Program-made: the position numbers and the translations under genes | Shown: piece by piece, positions 37,901-48,600 of the stretch | Layout of the letters: each line of letters starts with the position of its first letter | How positions within the stretch are numbered: the stretch's first letter is position 1 | Assembly: GCA_950097015.1 (NCBI GenBank) | Contig: CATNEN010000039.1 | Span: 5,642,001 to 5,706,000, forward strand | Source: Macrostomum hystrix | Taxonomy: Eukaryota; Animalia; Platyhelminthes | Reading direction: 5' to 3' | DNA length: 64,000 bases | The notes under the pieces: generated by a model | Told to the model about the DNA's origin: nothing | What the model saw: the letters and a program-made list of their open reading frames with translations, nothing else | Databases searched by the model: none

Positions 37901-40542
37901 ATGGGGATCGAGTGTTCTCTGGGATTTCAAGATGGGGATCGAGTGTTATCTGGGATTTCAAGATGGGGATCGAGTGTTCTCTGGGATTTCAAGATGGGGA
38001 TCGAGTGTTCTCTGGGATTTCAAGATGGGGATCGAGTGTTCTCTGGGATTTCAAGATGGGGATCGAGTGTTCTCTGGGATTTCAAGATGGGGATAGAGTG
38101 TTCTCTGGAATTTCAAGATGGGGATCGAGTGTTCTCTGGGATTTCAAGATGGGGATCGAGTGTTATCTGGGATTTCAAGATGGGGATCGAGTGTTCTCTG
38201 GGATTTCAAGATGGGGATCGAGTGTTCTCTGGGATTTCAAGATGGGGATCGAGTGTTTTCTGGGATTTCAAGATGGGGATCGAGTGTTCTCTGGGATTTC
38301 AAGATGGGGATCGAGTGTTCTCTGGGATTTCAAGATGGGAATCGAGTGTTATCTGGGATTTCAAGATCGGGATCGAGTGTTATCTGGGATTTCAAGATGG
38401 GGGCTGCGGCTGTGCTGTCGGCTGCACATCAAACCCAATCGGGGCAGTTTTAATCCATGATTATTTATTTCAAATTTTGATAGCCAGTTCTGGTGGGCTC
38501 AGTGTTGTTCGAGTGTGCATTTGAATATGTGGTTGAGGTATTAAAAGTACAATTGAAAACATGAATCCAACAGCTCGAGATAGACAAGTCTTACCAGGGC
38601 CTCATAGATGTACATGGCGTTGAACTCCCGATTAATCTGATCGTTGATCTTGGCCTCCGAGGTGATGCCCAAACGCATGCGGATGTCTGAGAGTTTTTGG
38701 AGGCTGAGCTAATGAGTCGTCAAATAAAAAGCAGAGGCTTAAGGCGGTGAACAAGAGTATGCTCAACCTGATAGAATCAACCTGAATAGACTCAATCTGA
38801 ATAGACTCAATCTGTATAAACTCAATCTAAATAGACTCAATCTGAATAGACTCAATCTGAATAGACTCAATCTGAATAGACTCAATCTGTATAGACTCAA
38901 TCTAAATAGACTCAATCTGAATAGACTCAATCTGAATAGACTCAATCTGAATAGACTCAATCTGAATAGACTCAATCTGAATAGACTCAATCTGAATAGA
39001 CTCAATCTGTATAGACTCAATCTAAATAGACTAAATCTGAATAGACTCAATTTGAATAGGCTCAATCTGAATAGACTCAATCTGAATTGACTCAATTTGA
39101 ATAGACTCAATTTGAATAGACTCAATTGGAATAGACTCAATCTGAATAGACTCAATCTAAATAGACTCAATCTGAATAGACTCAATCTGTATAGACTCAA
39201 TCTAAATAGACTCAATCTGAATAGACTCAATTTGAATAGGCTCAATCTGAATAGACTCAATCTGAATTGACTCAATTTGAATAGACTCAATCTGAATAGA
39301 CTCAATTTGAATAGACTCAATTTGAATAAACTCAATCTGAAGAGACTCAATTTGAATAGACTCAATCTGAATAAACTCAATCTGAATAGACTCAATCTAA
39401 ATAGACTCAATCTGAATAGACTCAATCTGTATAGACTCAATCTAAATAGACTCAATCTGAATAGACTCAATTTGAATAGGCTCAATCTGAATAGACTCAA
39501 TCTGAATTGACTCAATTTGAATAGACTCAATCTGAATAGACTCAATTTGAATAGGCTCAATCTGAATAGACTCAATCTGAATAGACTCAATTGGAATAGA
39601 CTCAATCTGAAGAGACTCAATTTGAATAGGCTCAATCTGAATAGACTCATTCTGAATAGACTCAATCTGAATAGACTCATTCTGAATAGACTCAATCTGA
39701 ATAGACTCAATTGGAATAGACTCAATCTGAAGAGACTCAATTTGAATAGGCTCAATCTGAATAGACTCATTCTGAATAGACTCATTCTGAATAGACTCAT
39801 TCTGAATAGACTCATTCTGAATAGACTCAAGCTAAATAGACTCATTCTGAATAGACTCATTCTGAATAGACTCATTCTGAATAGACTCATTCTGAATAGA
39901 CTCAAGCTAAATAGACTCATTCTGAATAGACTCAATCTGAATAGACTCAATTGGAATAGACTCAATCTGAATAGACTCAATCTGAATAGACTCAATTGGA
40001 ATAGACTCAATCTGAACAGACTCAATCTGAATAGACTCAATCTGAACAGACTCAATCTGAATAGACTCAATCTGAATAGGCTCAATCTGAATAGACTCAA
40101 TCTGAATAGACTCAATCTGAATAGACTCAATCTGAATAGACTCAATCTGAATAGACTCAATTTGAATAGGCTCAATCTGAATAGACTCAATCTGAATAGA
40201 CTCAATTGGAATAGACTCAATCTGAAGAGACTCAATTTGAATAGGCTCAATCTGAATAGACTCATTCTGAATAGACTCAAGCTAAATAGACTCATTCTGA
40301 ATAGACTCAATCTGAATAGACTCAATCTGAACAGACTCAATCTGAATAGACTCAACCTGAATAGACTCAAACTGAATTATAGACTCAATCTAAATAGACT
40401 CAATCTGAATAGACTCAATCTGAATAGACTCAATCTGAATAGACTCAATCTCTCACTCACTGAGGCCCTCATCGTCGCCCTGCTGCATGGAGATGACGAC
40501 CAGGTGCAGCAAAATGGCTGCCAGAAGCGAGAATCGAGCCAT
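34986..40542 (-). CDS. Ferritin (H-type) with N-terminal signal peptide; exons 40542-40461, 38686-38595, 36316-36170, 36087-35962, 35120-34986; about 193 aa
   Basis: Spliced product MARFSLLAAILLHLVVIS...EAKINDQINREFNAMYIY...ADEEREHAHKLIDYLNKRGG...ALEAE...DPHLVDFIESEFLAEQV...GLGEIIVDKEL. All introns are GT-AG and phase-consistent. An alternative in-frame exon 1/2 junction is also possible. Confidence 0.92.
35205..35740. repeat. 34/35-bp minisatellite (CCAGATCAGATTGTGGGATCTGGGGATTTCTCAA), alternating as a 69-bp dimer; ferritin intron 4
   Basis: Visible periodicity; ORF translations repeat every 23 aa (69 nt). Confidence 0.93.
36399..38402. repeat. 31-bp minisatellite (GGGATTTCAAGATGGGGATCGAGTGTTATCT), about 64 copies; ferritin intron 2
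   Basis: Visible periodicity. Confidence 0.97.
38764..40451. repeat. 15-bp minisatellite (CTCAATCTGAATAGA), about 112 copies; ferritin intron 1
   Basis: Visible periodicity. Confidence 0.97.
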
Positions 40543-41028
40543 GGAGTTGGCCTTGCTTTGTATTGCTTGCCGTATAGCAAAAAAGTTTAAACCAGAATTC
40601 AGAAGCGGGTCTCTCACCTGGCTGAAGAAAGGTTTCTGCGCTGACTCTTTACAGAGAGAGTTGACGCACGCGAGGTCACCAGGCCCTGACAACCACCCCA
40701 GGCCCATGAGATATCTGACCGCGACTTCTTATCTCACCTTTCAGCAAGCTTTGAAAATCAGCTGCTTGCAGCGAAGCCAGCAAAGCTAAGCGCATTCGGA
40801 GCCTAGCAGTCCGGTTATCATTCTCGAGCGAACTTTGATTTTGCTGACGACTTTCTTCTCAGAAGAAGAATTTCACAATCTTGTCTCAATCGTCACCAGC
40901 TGTGCCATGTAGAGATTGCCGCTGAGTTAACGATCTCAAGTTTTGCCGTCTAATGGAAACCTTGTTTGCCTGCATAGTAACAGGAAATTAAAGTTCCAGG
41001 TGTCACTGGGATTTGAGGGGATTTTTAA

Positions 41029-41548
41029 GCCATTGCTGACTCTGGGAATTGAGGATTCTTAAGCGATTGCTGACTCTGGGAATTGGGGATTCTTAAGCCA
41101 TTGCTGACTCTGGGAATTGGGGATTCTTTAGCCATTGCTGACTCTGGGAATTGGGGATTCTTAAGCCATTGCTGACTCTGGGAATTGGGGATTCTTAAGC
41201 CATTGCTGACTCTGGGAATTGGGGATTCTTAAGCCATTGCTGACTCTGGGATTTGGGGATTCTTATGACATTGCTGACTCTGGGAATTGGGGATTCTTAA
41301 GCGATTGCTGACTCTGGGAATTGGGGATTCTTTAGCCATTGCTGATTCTGGGAATTGGGGATTCTTTAGCCATTGCTGACTCTGGGAATTGGGGATTCTT
41401 AAGCCATTGCTGACTCTGGGAATTGGGGATTTTTATGCCGTTGCTGACTCTGGGAATTGGGGATTCTTTAGCGATTGCTGACTCTGGGCATTGGGGATTC
41501 TTTAGCCATCGCAGACACTGGGAATTGGGGATTCTTAAGCCATCGCAG
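41029..41548. repeat. 34-bp minisatellite (GCCATTGCTGACTCTGGGAATTGGGGATTCTTAA), about 15 copies
   Basis: Visible periodicity. Confidence 0.95.
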
Positions 41549-41798
41549 TCTCGGGTATTTTAGTACTTTGAACTGTAAAAACAATAGAGCGCTTTAAAAT
41601 CTAAGAATATTTCATCAGACTGTCATTAAATAACGATTGTTTTATTTATTCATTTATATTTTTTCAAGAACAGAACATCTTCGAGCAATGCTAAGTGGCG
41701 ACTGTTTCTGTCTAGTTTTGTATTTATAGCAGAGGAAAATATGATCCCAGTTCGGTAGGCAACCGTACGGAAACGACTCAAGTGCTGACTCAGACCTT

Positions 41799-42681
41799 CT
41801 AGTTCTCAGCTACCGCATACGGCAGCCTGCGGGCGTCGATGTGGCAGGCGGGCGCGGGCACATTCTCGTACGGATGCAGGCACTGTCTGATGAAGGAAAA
41901 CCGGTTGCACAGGCTGCAGCAGCATTTCAGCATCCAGCGAGACAGCGAGCTCCTGTCCGCATTGCAGTGGAGCTCGCGCAGCAGGCTCTGTCTCGAATCC
42001 CGCTTCTGTCGGAGCAGCGTCTGCCCTGACGAAGGCCGAAAAAACGGCACCGACCAGGGAGAGTCGTCCACGTCATCTAGCGACCGGTTCTGCTGCCTGC
42101 GCAGGTTTCTCTCGAGCTCTCGGTACATTCTCACTGCAGTCAGTTGCGAATGGAATGCCACCTTCAATTAGGGGCGCCACCTGGGATTTGGGGGTCCGCC
42201 ACCTTGGAATGGGGTACACGCCACCTTGGATTGGGGTACACGCCACCTTGGATTGGGGTACACGCCACCTTGGATTGGGGGGTCCACCACCTTGGATTGG
42301 GGGGTCCACCACCTTGGATTGGGGGGTCCGCCACCTTGGATTGGGGGGTCCGCAACCATGGATTGGGGGGTCCGCCACCTTGGATTGGGGGGTCCGCCAC
42401 CTTGGATTGGGGGGTCCGCCACCTTGGATTGGGGGGTCCGCCACCTTGGAATGGGGTACACGCCACCTTGGATTGGGGGGTCCGCCACCTTGGATTGGGG
42501 GGTCCGCCACCTTGGATTTAGGGGGGCACCAAGTTTCTGATTGAGGCTAACTTTGAGAGCTCTTACTTCCAATAGTATATCCGTGTCGCACAGCGGGGTG
42601 AATTCCGTTTCGATGCCTACAAAAGCTGGCTAAGTAGGTGCCGTACAGATCCTCGTTGCACACCGGACCCTCGTTGCCCAG
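41799..42681 (-). CDS. Insulin-like peptide module (B-chain exon 42681-42567; C/A-chain exon 42133-41799)
   Basis: B: VCNEDLYGTYLASFC. RQKR processing site. A: CCCSLCNRFSFIRQC, fitting CC-x3-C-x8-C. Phase-1 intron in the C-peptide, as in insulin-family genes. Confidence 0.88.
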
Positions 42682-45600
42682 CTGTAGTTTTCGCGATAAG
42701 GAGGCGTAAAATAAGCAATTAACGCTTTAATTGCTAGCCTTGCTAACGCCGGCTTAAACAAAGTTTTTATAATTAAATTTTCACTTACGAGGTATGACGG
42801 ATCCTCGACTGGAATGTTTGTGAAAAAATGTGGATGTTTACAAATGTTTTACATTTACTATTGTCAATGACTCCCTAAGATTGATAATGATACTCAAGTA
42901 TTGTTAATGACTCTCAAGTATTGTTAATGACTCTCAAGGATTGTTAATGACTCTCAAGGATTGTTAATGATTCTCAAGGATTGTTAATGAGTCTCAAGGA
43001 TTGTTAATGAGTCTCAAGGATTGTTAATGAGTCTCAAGGATTGTTAATGATTCTCAAGGATTGTTAATGAGTCTCAAGGATTGTTAATGAGTCTCAAGGA
43101 TTGTTAATGAGTCTCAAGGATTGTTAATGAGTCTCAAGGATTGTTAATGAGTCTCAAGGATTGTTAATGAGTCTCAAGGATTGTTAATGAGTCTCAAGGA
43201 TTGTTAATGATTCTCAAGGATTGTTAATGATTCTCAAAGATTGTTAATTATTCTCAAGGATTGTTAATGATTCTCAAAGATTGTTAATGATTCTCAAGGA
43301 TTGTTAATGATTCTCAAGGATTGTTAATGATTCTCAAGGATTGTTAATTATTCTCAAAGATTGTTAATTATTCTCAAAGACTGTTAATTATTCTCAAGGA
43401 TTGTTAATGATTCTCAAGGATTGTTAATGATTCTCAAGGATTGTTAATGATTCTCAAGGATTGTTAATTATTCTCAAAGATTGTTAATTATTCTCAAGGA
43501 TTGTTAATGATTCTCAAGGATTGTTAATGATTCTCAAGGATTGTTAATGACTCTCAAGGATTGTTAATGACCCCCAAGGATTGATAATGACTCCCAAGAT
43601 TGTCATATTTCTTACGCATGACAAGGTGCATCTCAGCCACGAATCCCTTGTGAGTCTGCACAGTGCGCTCCGCGCTCGAATGCCTATCGGTGACGAAGAC
43701 AATGGTGATGTGATTTGATCTGCCTTTAACGAAGTTGCTCAGACCGTTTACAGTCATCCACGGATATTTTGGCCGATTCTCGTCGCTGCCATAGAAGCGC
43801 TTCAGCAATTTTCCCGATGTGCCGTTGCCTTCGTAAACAGCCACGTAGTCTTTGTTGCTGGCCGTGCGGAACTCCGGGAACGTGAGCAGCACCGTGTGAA
43901 TGCTGGACGTGGAGATTACCCACTGGCAGCGCATGCCCATTGTGTAGGGCTCCGAGCCGTAATTCAAATGGCTGCGCAGTCGCGCGCTGCACCTGTCGCC
44001 AGGAGTCTTGGCCGTCACATCTCCGCATCCTGTGGGAAGAATTGAATCAATCTGAGTCAGGTGTATAGGTTTTCTAGGTTTTCTAGACTCGAAGTTCTGG
44101 CGAAGGTCTGGTGAGAATTTCGATGGACCAGATGATCCTTCAAAGAGTCCTTAGTAATTTTTTTGTTGCGCTTTCACTGATCGCATAGGTATAATTGTGC
44201 GCCGGGGGGGGAGTGGCAGAGCGGTTAACCTGTTCGCCATTCGCACCGAGGCCTCTGAGGTCGATTCCGCGACGAGGCCACATTAATCTGGGTCTTTTCA
44301 TGTAGTTTAAGCCCCTGAGGACCAACCTGAGATAGTACACAGTGAGAGTGTACGCAGTGTACGCAGTGAGAGTGTACATAGTGAGACGGGCAGCATCTAC
44401 ACACTGTTTTGTGTGCTCAGGAGTCAGCGGAATAGCCAGAATCGTTTCCTCGCTGGCTGCGGGTCGACTGTCATCAAATGCTGTGCCCTCCTGCAGATAT
44501 TATTATTACTATTATCGTTGTGTGGAGGATCGCTGAAATTCTCAGAGCTGCCTTCACAATGTGCATGGAGCAAATTTAGTGAAAGCGATAAGTACTTTGA
44601 GCCGTTGTGCAATGCATAATTCAAGAGACAGTTCGTTAAAAGCTTGCCCCCAGGTTTTCCGTAGGCCACCAGTTCGCACAGCGTCAGTGACACCTGGCGA
44701 GACAGTGCGGTCACGGTGATCTCAGTGCCTGGCAGGTTGCAGACAAAAGTTTTATTATCGAAGGCGGTGCCGTTCACCACGCTGACGCAGACTGTGATTT
44801 CGATGGCCAAGCTAAAGTGGCGCGTCCACTGTCGGCAGTCCCGCTTAGAGTACAAGGACACCTCCTCGAAGATGAAGGTGGACTGCACCTTGGCCTTCCA
44901 CCAGGGCCGATCGCTGACGGTCGTCTGGGCGCACCTGCCCAGCTGCTGGCTCTCGCTGTGAGCAAAGTCGAGGGCGTTCTTGCAGTAGTCCATGGGCAGC
45001 AGGCGGCTGGACTGGCTGCAGCTAATGAGGTTGACGCGCTCTGCCTCCGAGAAAGTAAGTTGATCAAGGAGTTAGTTAATTAATTCACGCATTTAGCAAA
45101 GGTAAAGTTTCATTCCAGTTTACCTTTTACATCGAACAACAGATAAATGCGGCCATGCATATGACAGGGAATGGTTCCCATTTCCAAGCGGGCCGAGCAG
45201 CGATACCCCGGTATCTCGTCGCTAGTGTAATGGTTTCTGGCCGTGGTGAACAGAACCATCCTTCGAAGGGACTGTGACATTTTCAACGGCAGTGAAAATT
45301 TATCTAAAATTAGGCGAAAATTTTCGCGCAAACTTTTAGTCTGATTTGAGAATGAGCTGTCAGCCCAAGAGCAGCTCTAGGAGCAGAATTACTGACCGGA
45401 GTGCCGGTGATGCAACACGTGAATCAGCTTGTTTTCATAGTAGATTCTCACGTACAGGTCGTCAGCCAGTTGCGTCTGTATTCGGGTCATCGTCGGCCCA
45501 TTGGGCTGATCTCTGTATTGAAAGAGTCCGCGCACCTTCAGATCCAGGATTCGGTCACCCGGTTCGAACTCGGTGCTTGGGCGCAGAGGTGCTGGCAGAG

Positions 45601-48600
45601 AAAAAAAGTTTTTATTTATCCAATGAACTGCTAATTTGATGCATACTAACACCTGAGAAAACTACTCACTACTGTCGCTAATAAATTTTCCAAACACCTG
45701 CAGGTCGCACATGTGCATGTAGGGATACTTCGAATCCGCTGCAGTCACAATCATTCCCTTCATTGCACTGTTGCACTCAAACTTCACCCAGGTCCCATCG
45801 AACGCCCCAACCCTGCTGCACGGCGTCCGGTAGTTGGACTCAACTCGCAAGCTCAAGTTCAGCGGGTTGTTCAGATGCACCTCAGTGACATAGAATGTAA
45901 CATCGCTGAGCCAGTTAGTCAGCGGCTGAAGCCAGGATCCGACGCCCCGGCTGATGTAGCTCTCAGTCGGGCAGGTGTCCTTCTGGAACAGGCGCACAGG
46001 CCGCGCGTTGCCAGGCTGGTAGCACCGGTAGTAGTAGGCGGCTGCGCCCTCCGGTTCCGGGCGACAGAGCTTCATTGGAACGCGCTCTGTGGTTAGGTTG
46101 CAATTAGCTAATTAAAACTATCTTACTAAGGATGCTATCAGACTAAAAGCTAAAACGATTGTTGATTTCAATTAGTTTTGTTGTGAACCAGTTGAAAGAA
46201 TCAGACTCAACAACAACAACAATAATAATAATAATAATAACAATAATTGATGGAGGGCTGCGGGCAATCAATTGGTGACTCAAGACCTGCAGCCAGCGAT
46301 GAGGCTATTTTGCCAATTCTGCTGACTCCTGAGCACACACGAGGTTGGCCCTTAAGGGTGGAAATGGCACCCTTAAGGCCTCGAAGCCTTCTCTCGGCGA
46401 CTGCGAGCTAAAAGAATGTGGTCTCGCCGCGGAATCGAGCTCCCTGCAATGACCTTGGTGCGAGAGGCAAACGCGTTAGACCGCTCTGCCACTCACCTCC
46501 TCTCTTGCACGAAGGTCCCTGTGTTCCTTAGTCCCTGAGACCGAATCAGCGCTGAGACCACGTTCATTTTGGGAGCAGCCATGTAGAGAATGTTAGGGAG
46601 GCTTTCGTGAAATTTTTCTATGATGGCTAGCCTCTAAGGCTAACCTCTGACATTGTACACGATCTACTGCTGCAACACCGATCGATACATGATCGATATA
46701 GAATCGAAGAAACATTTCAGTGAAGTTTTACATTTTTAGTTTTAGGAATGGGTGAGGAGACTGGAGAATCCCAGAGGGCTAAATATCGAAAGTAATCAAA
46801 CTCTTGCAACTTCTCCAAACCTGAGCAATATCAGGTCTTGCGAGCAAACATTTTGGAAGACAACAATTGTGACTCACCGATTGCGCTGTACAGGAATCTG
46901 GAGCCCGGATATGATGGAATCTGCACCGTATAGTTGCCGATCAGTACGCTCAAGTTGAACGTCATGACAGGATTGGGATCGACAGATCCACTCACGATTT
47001 GGTGGAGTGCCAGCTTCAGTCTGTGATTGGCCTTAGTAGGCTTGGGCAACTGATAATCCCAGCTAGAGTCGAGGGCTGAAACACCGATCGATAATTAATC
47101 GATATTGGATCGATTTAAACATGCAGTAAACCCTTTATAAGGAGCTTTTTTGAGCCTCACTAGCCGTCCTGTCAGTGCTCAACCTCCAATTCTGCCCGAT
47201 TGTGTACATTAATGTACATGGCCCACCCGGGCTGGGCTGCGCCTCTCCCAGTTTTCTCGACTGCCTGTCACTTCCACTGTTACGTGACTCTCTTCTCGAG
47301 AATCCCTTCTTTTCATTTGGGAGTGCAGTCAAACATTACTAGAATTGACTTTGGCAAGTCCCTGACGTCAGCTGCTATATAAGAAGTGACGTGGCCCGAT
47401 GAGCGACTGTCAGCTATAAGATAAGCATCTTTCTTTCGCTTCTACTCATCTACGAGTAGAAATTCTTCATTAGAAATTAGAGAAATTTTAGAAATTCTCC
47501 ACCACAAACTCATCGCTTTTACCTGTAAACTCCAAAACTACGAGTCACTTAATTTTTTGCACCCAGCAGGTCAACTGACAGTCTTTGACTGCGCCTAGCT
47601 CTGCACGGCGTTTTCTAGCTGCTCGAAACCCTGAAACTTCATCCCTTCACATAGACCTTTCACATCGAGACAGAAGCGAGACGTTCTTTTATTCAACTCT
47701 GAGTTTGCTGGTCTCAGCAGAATTCTCACACCCCACCGAGAAATCCAAAGGAACCCCACATACACTACCATGAAATACCAAAAAGCCTTCTCACTGAAAG
47801 CCAGTAGGTTTGTTGAGGGTGATTTTTGCGAATTCTGTCTACCCTCATTAGCGAATAAGCTTGCGAGGATCGAGGTGTGCTAATGATGTTTACCCCCATT
47901 AGCCAATGGCTTCCGGAGGTACCACCTTGAAATCCCATACAGAATGCTCAGTCGGACTCACTCGAGAACCTCTTGCAGATGTAGCCGATTCGCTGCTCGC
48001 AGCCGTAGCTGGTCCAGACCTGGTTGTCCGGCTTAAGCTGGACACAGCCCTTGTCGGCCAAATCTGGCAGCCAACGCCGCTTGCTGCCTGCTGGACCGGT
48101 GGTGTCCACCGTCCAGCTGTAGGCGCCGATGCCAGCCGTCCGGTGCATGCCAATCCAGTGCGGCGCCATGCCGATGCCCGCGGTGGACAGGAAGTTCATC
48201 TCGGACTCATCCTCCGCGTAAAATAGGTCGCTGTCCAGCCGCCAGCACTGCTGCAGGGCCTCTGTCCAATTCAGGCCTGGACGGCTGATTTGCAGGTAGC
48301 AGCGGGGGCCAGCTAAGATGCTCCGCCGCCTGCCATCGCCACCAGTTGCCGAGCTCTTCAGAGTCCAACTCAGCCAGCCATTCGGACACCCAGCTGGAGA
48401 TTGAGAACAATTTGGAAGGCTACTCAATCTGCTGAGTATTGACTGTTGCAATGAAGTATTAACTTTAACTATGATTTCATCATGTTTTATTTGTTTTATG
48501 TCTTTAGAATAAAACTTACTGGCCTCGGAACTCGGAGTGGCACCGATCAGCTCGTTGAAGTTTCCGCTACCCGGTAAGTCCTCTGAGTACACCTTGATAA

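Noticed and set aside
36191-38524. Long ORFs of 777, 679 and 551 aa
   Set aside because: They are translations of the stop-free 31-bp array, antisense within ferritin intron 2.
38763-40590. LSLFR / NRLNL repeat ORFs
   Set aside because: Artefacts of the 15-bp array.
40543-41030. Iron-responsive element upstream of ferritin
   Set aside because: No CAGUGN loop with a bulged-C stem found by eye near the start.
35205-41548. CRISPR-like appearance of 31-35 bp repeats
   Set aside because: Units are head-to-tail with no unique spacers, there are no cas genes, and the context is eukaryotic introns.
46495-46626. Additional exon in the lectin-insulin gene
   Set aside because: Its apparent donor is the SINE head and is phase 2, incompatible with the next phase-1 acceptor.
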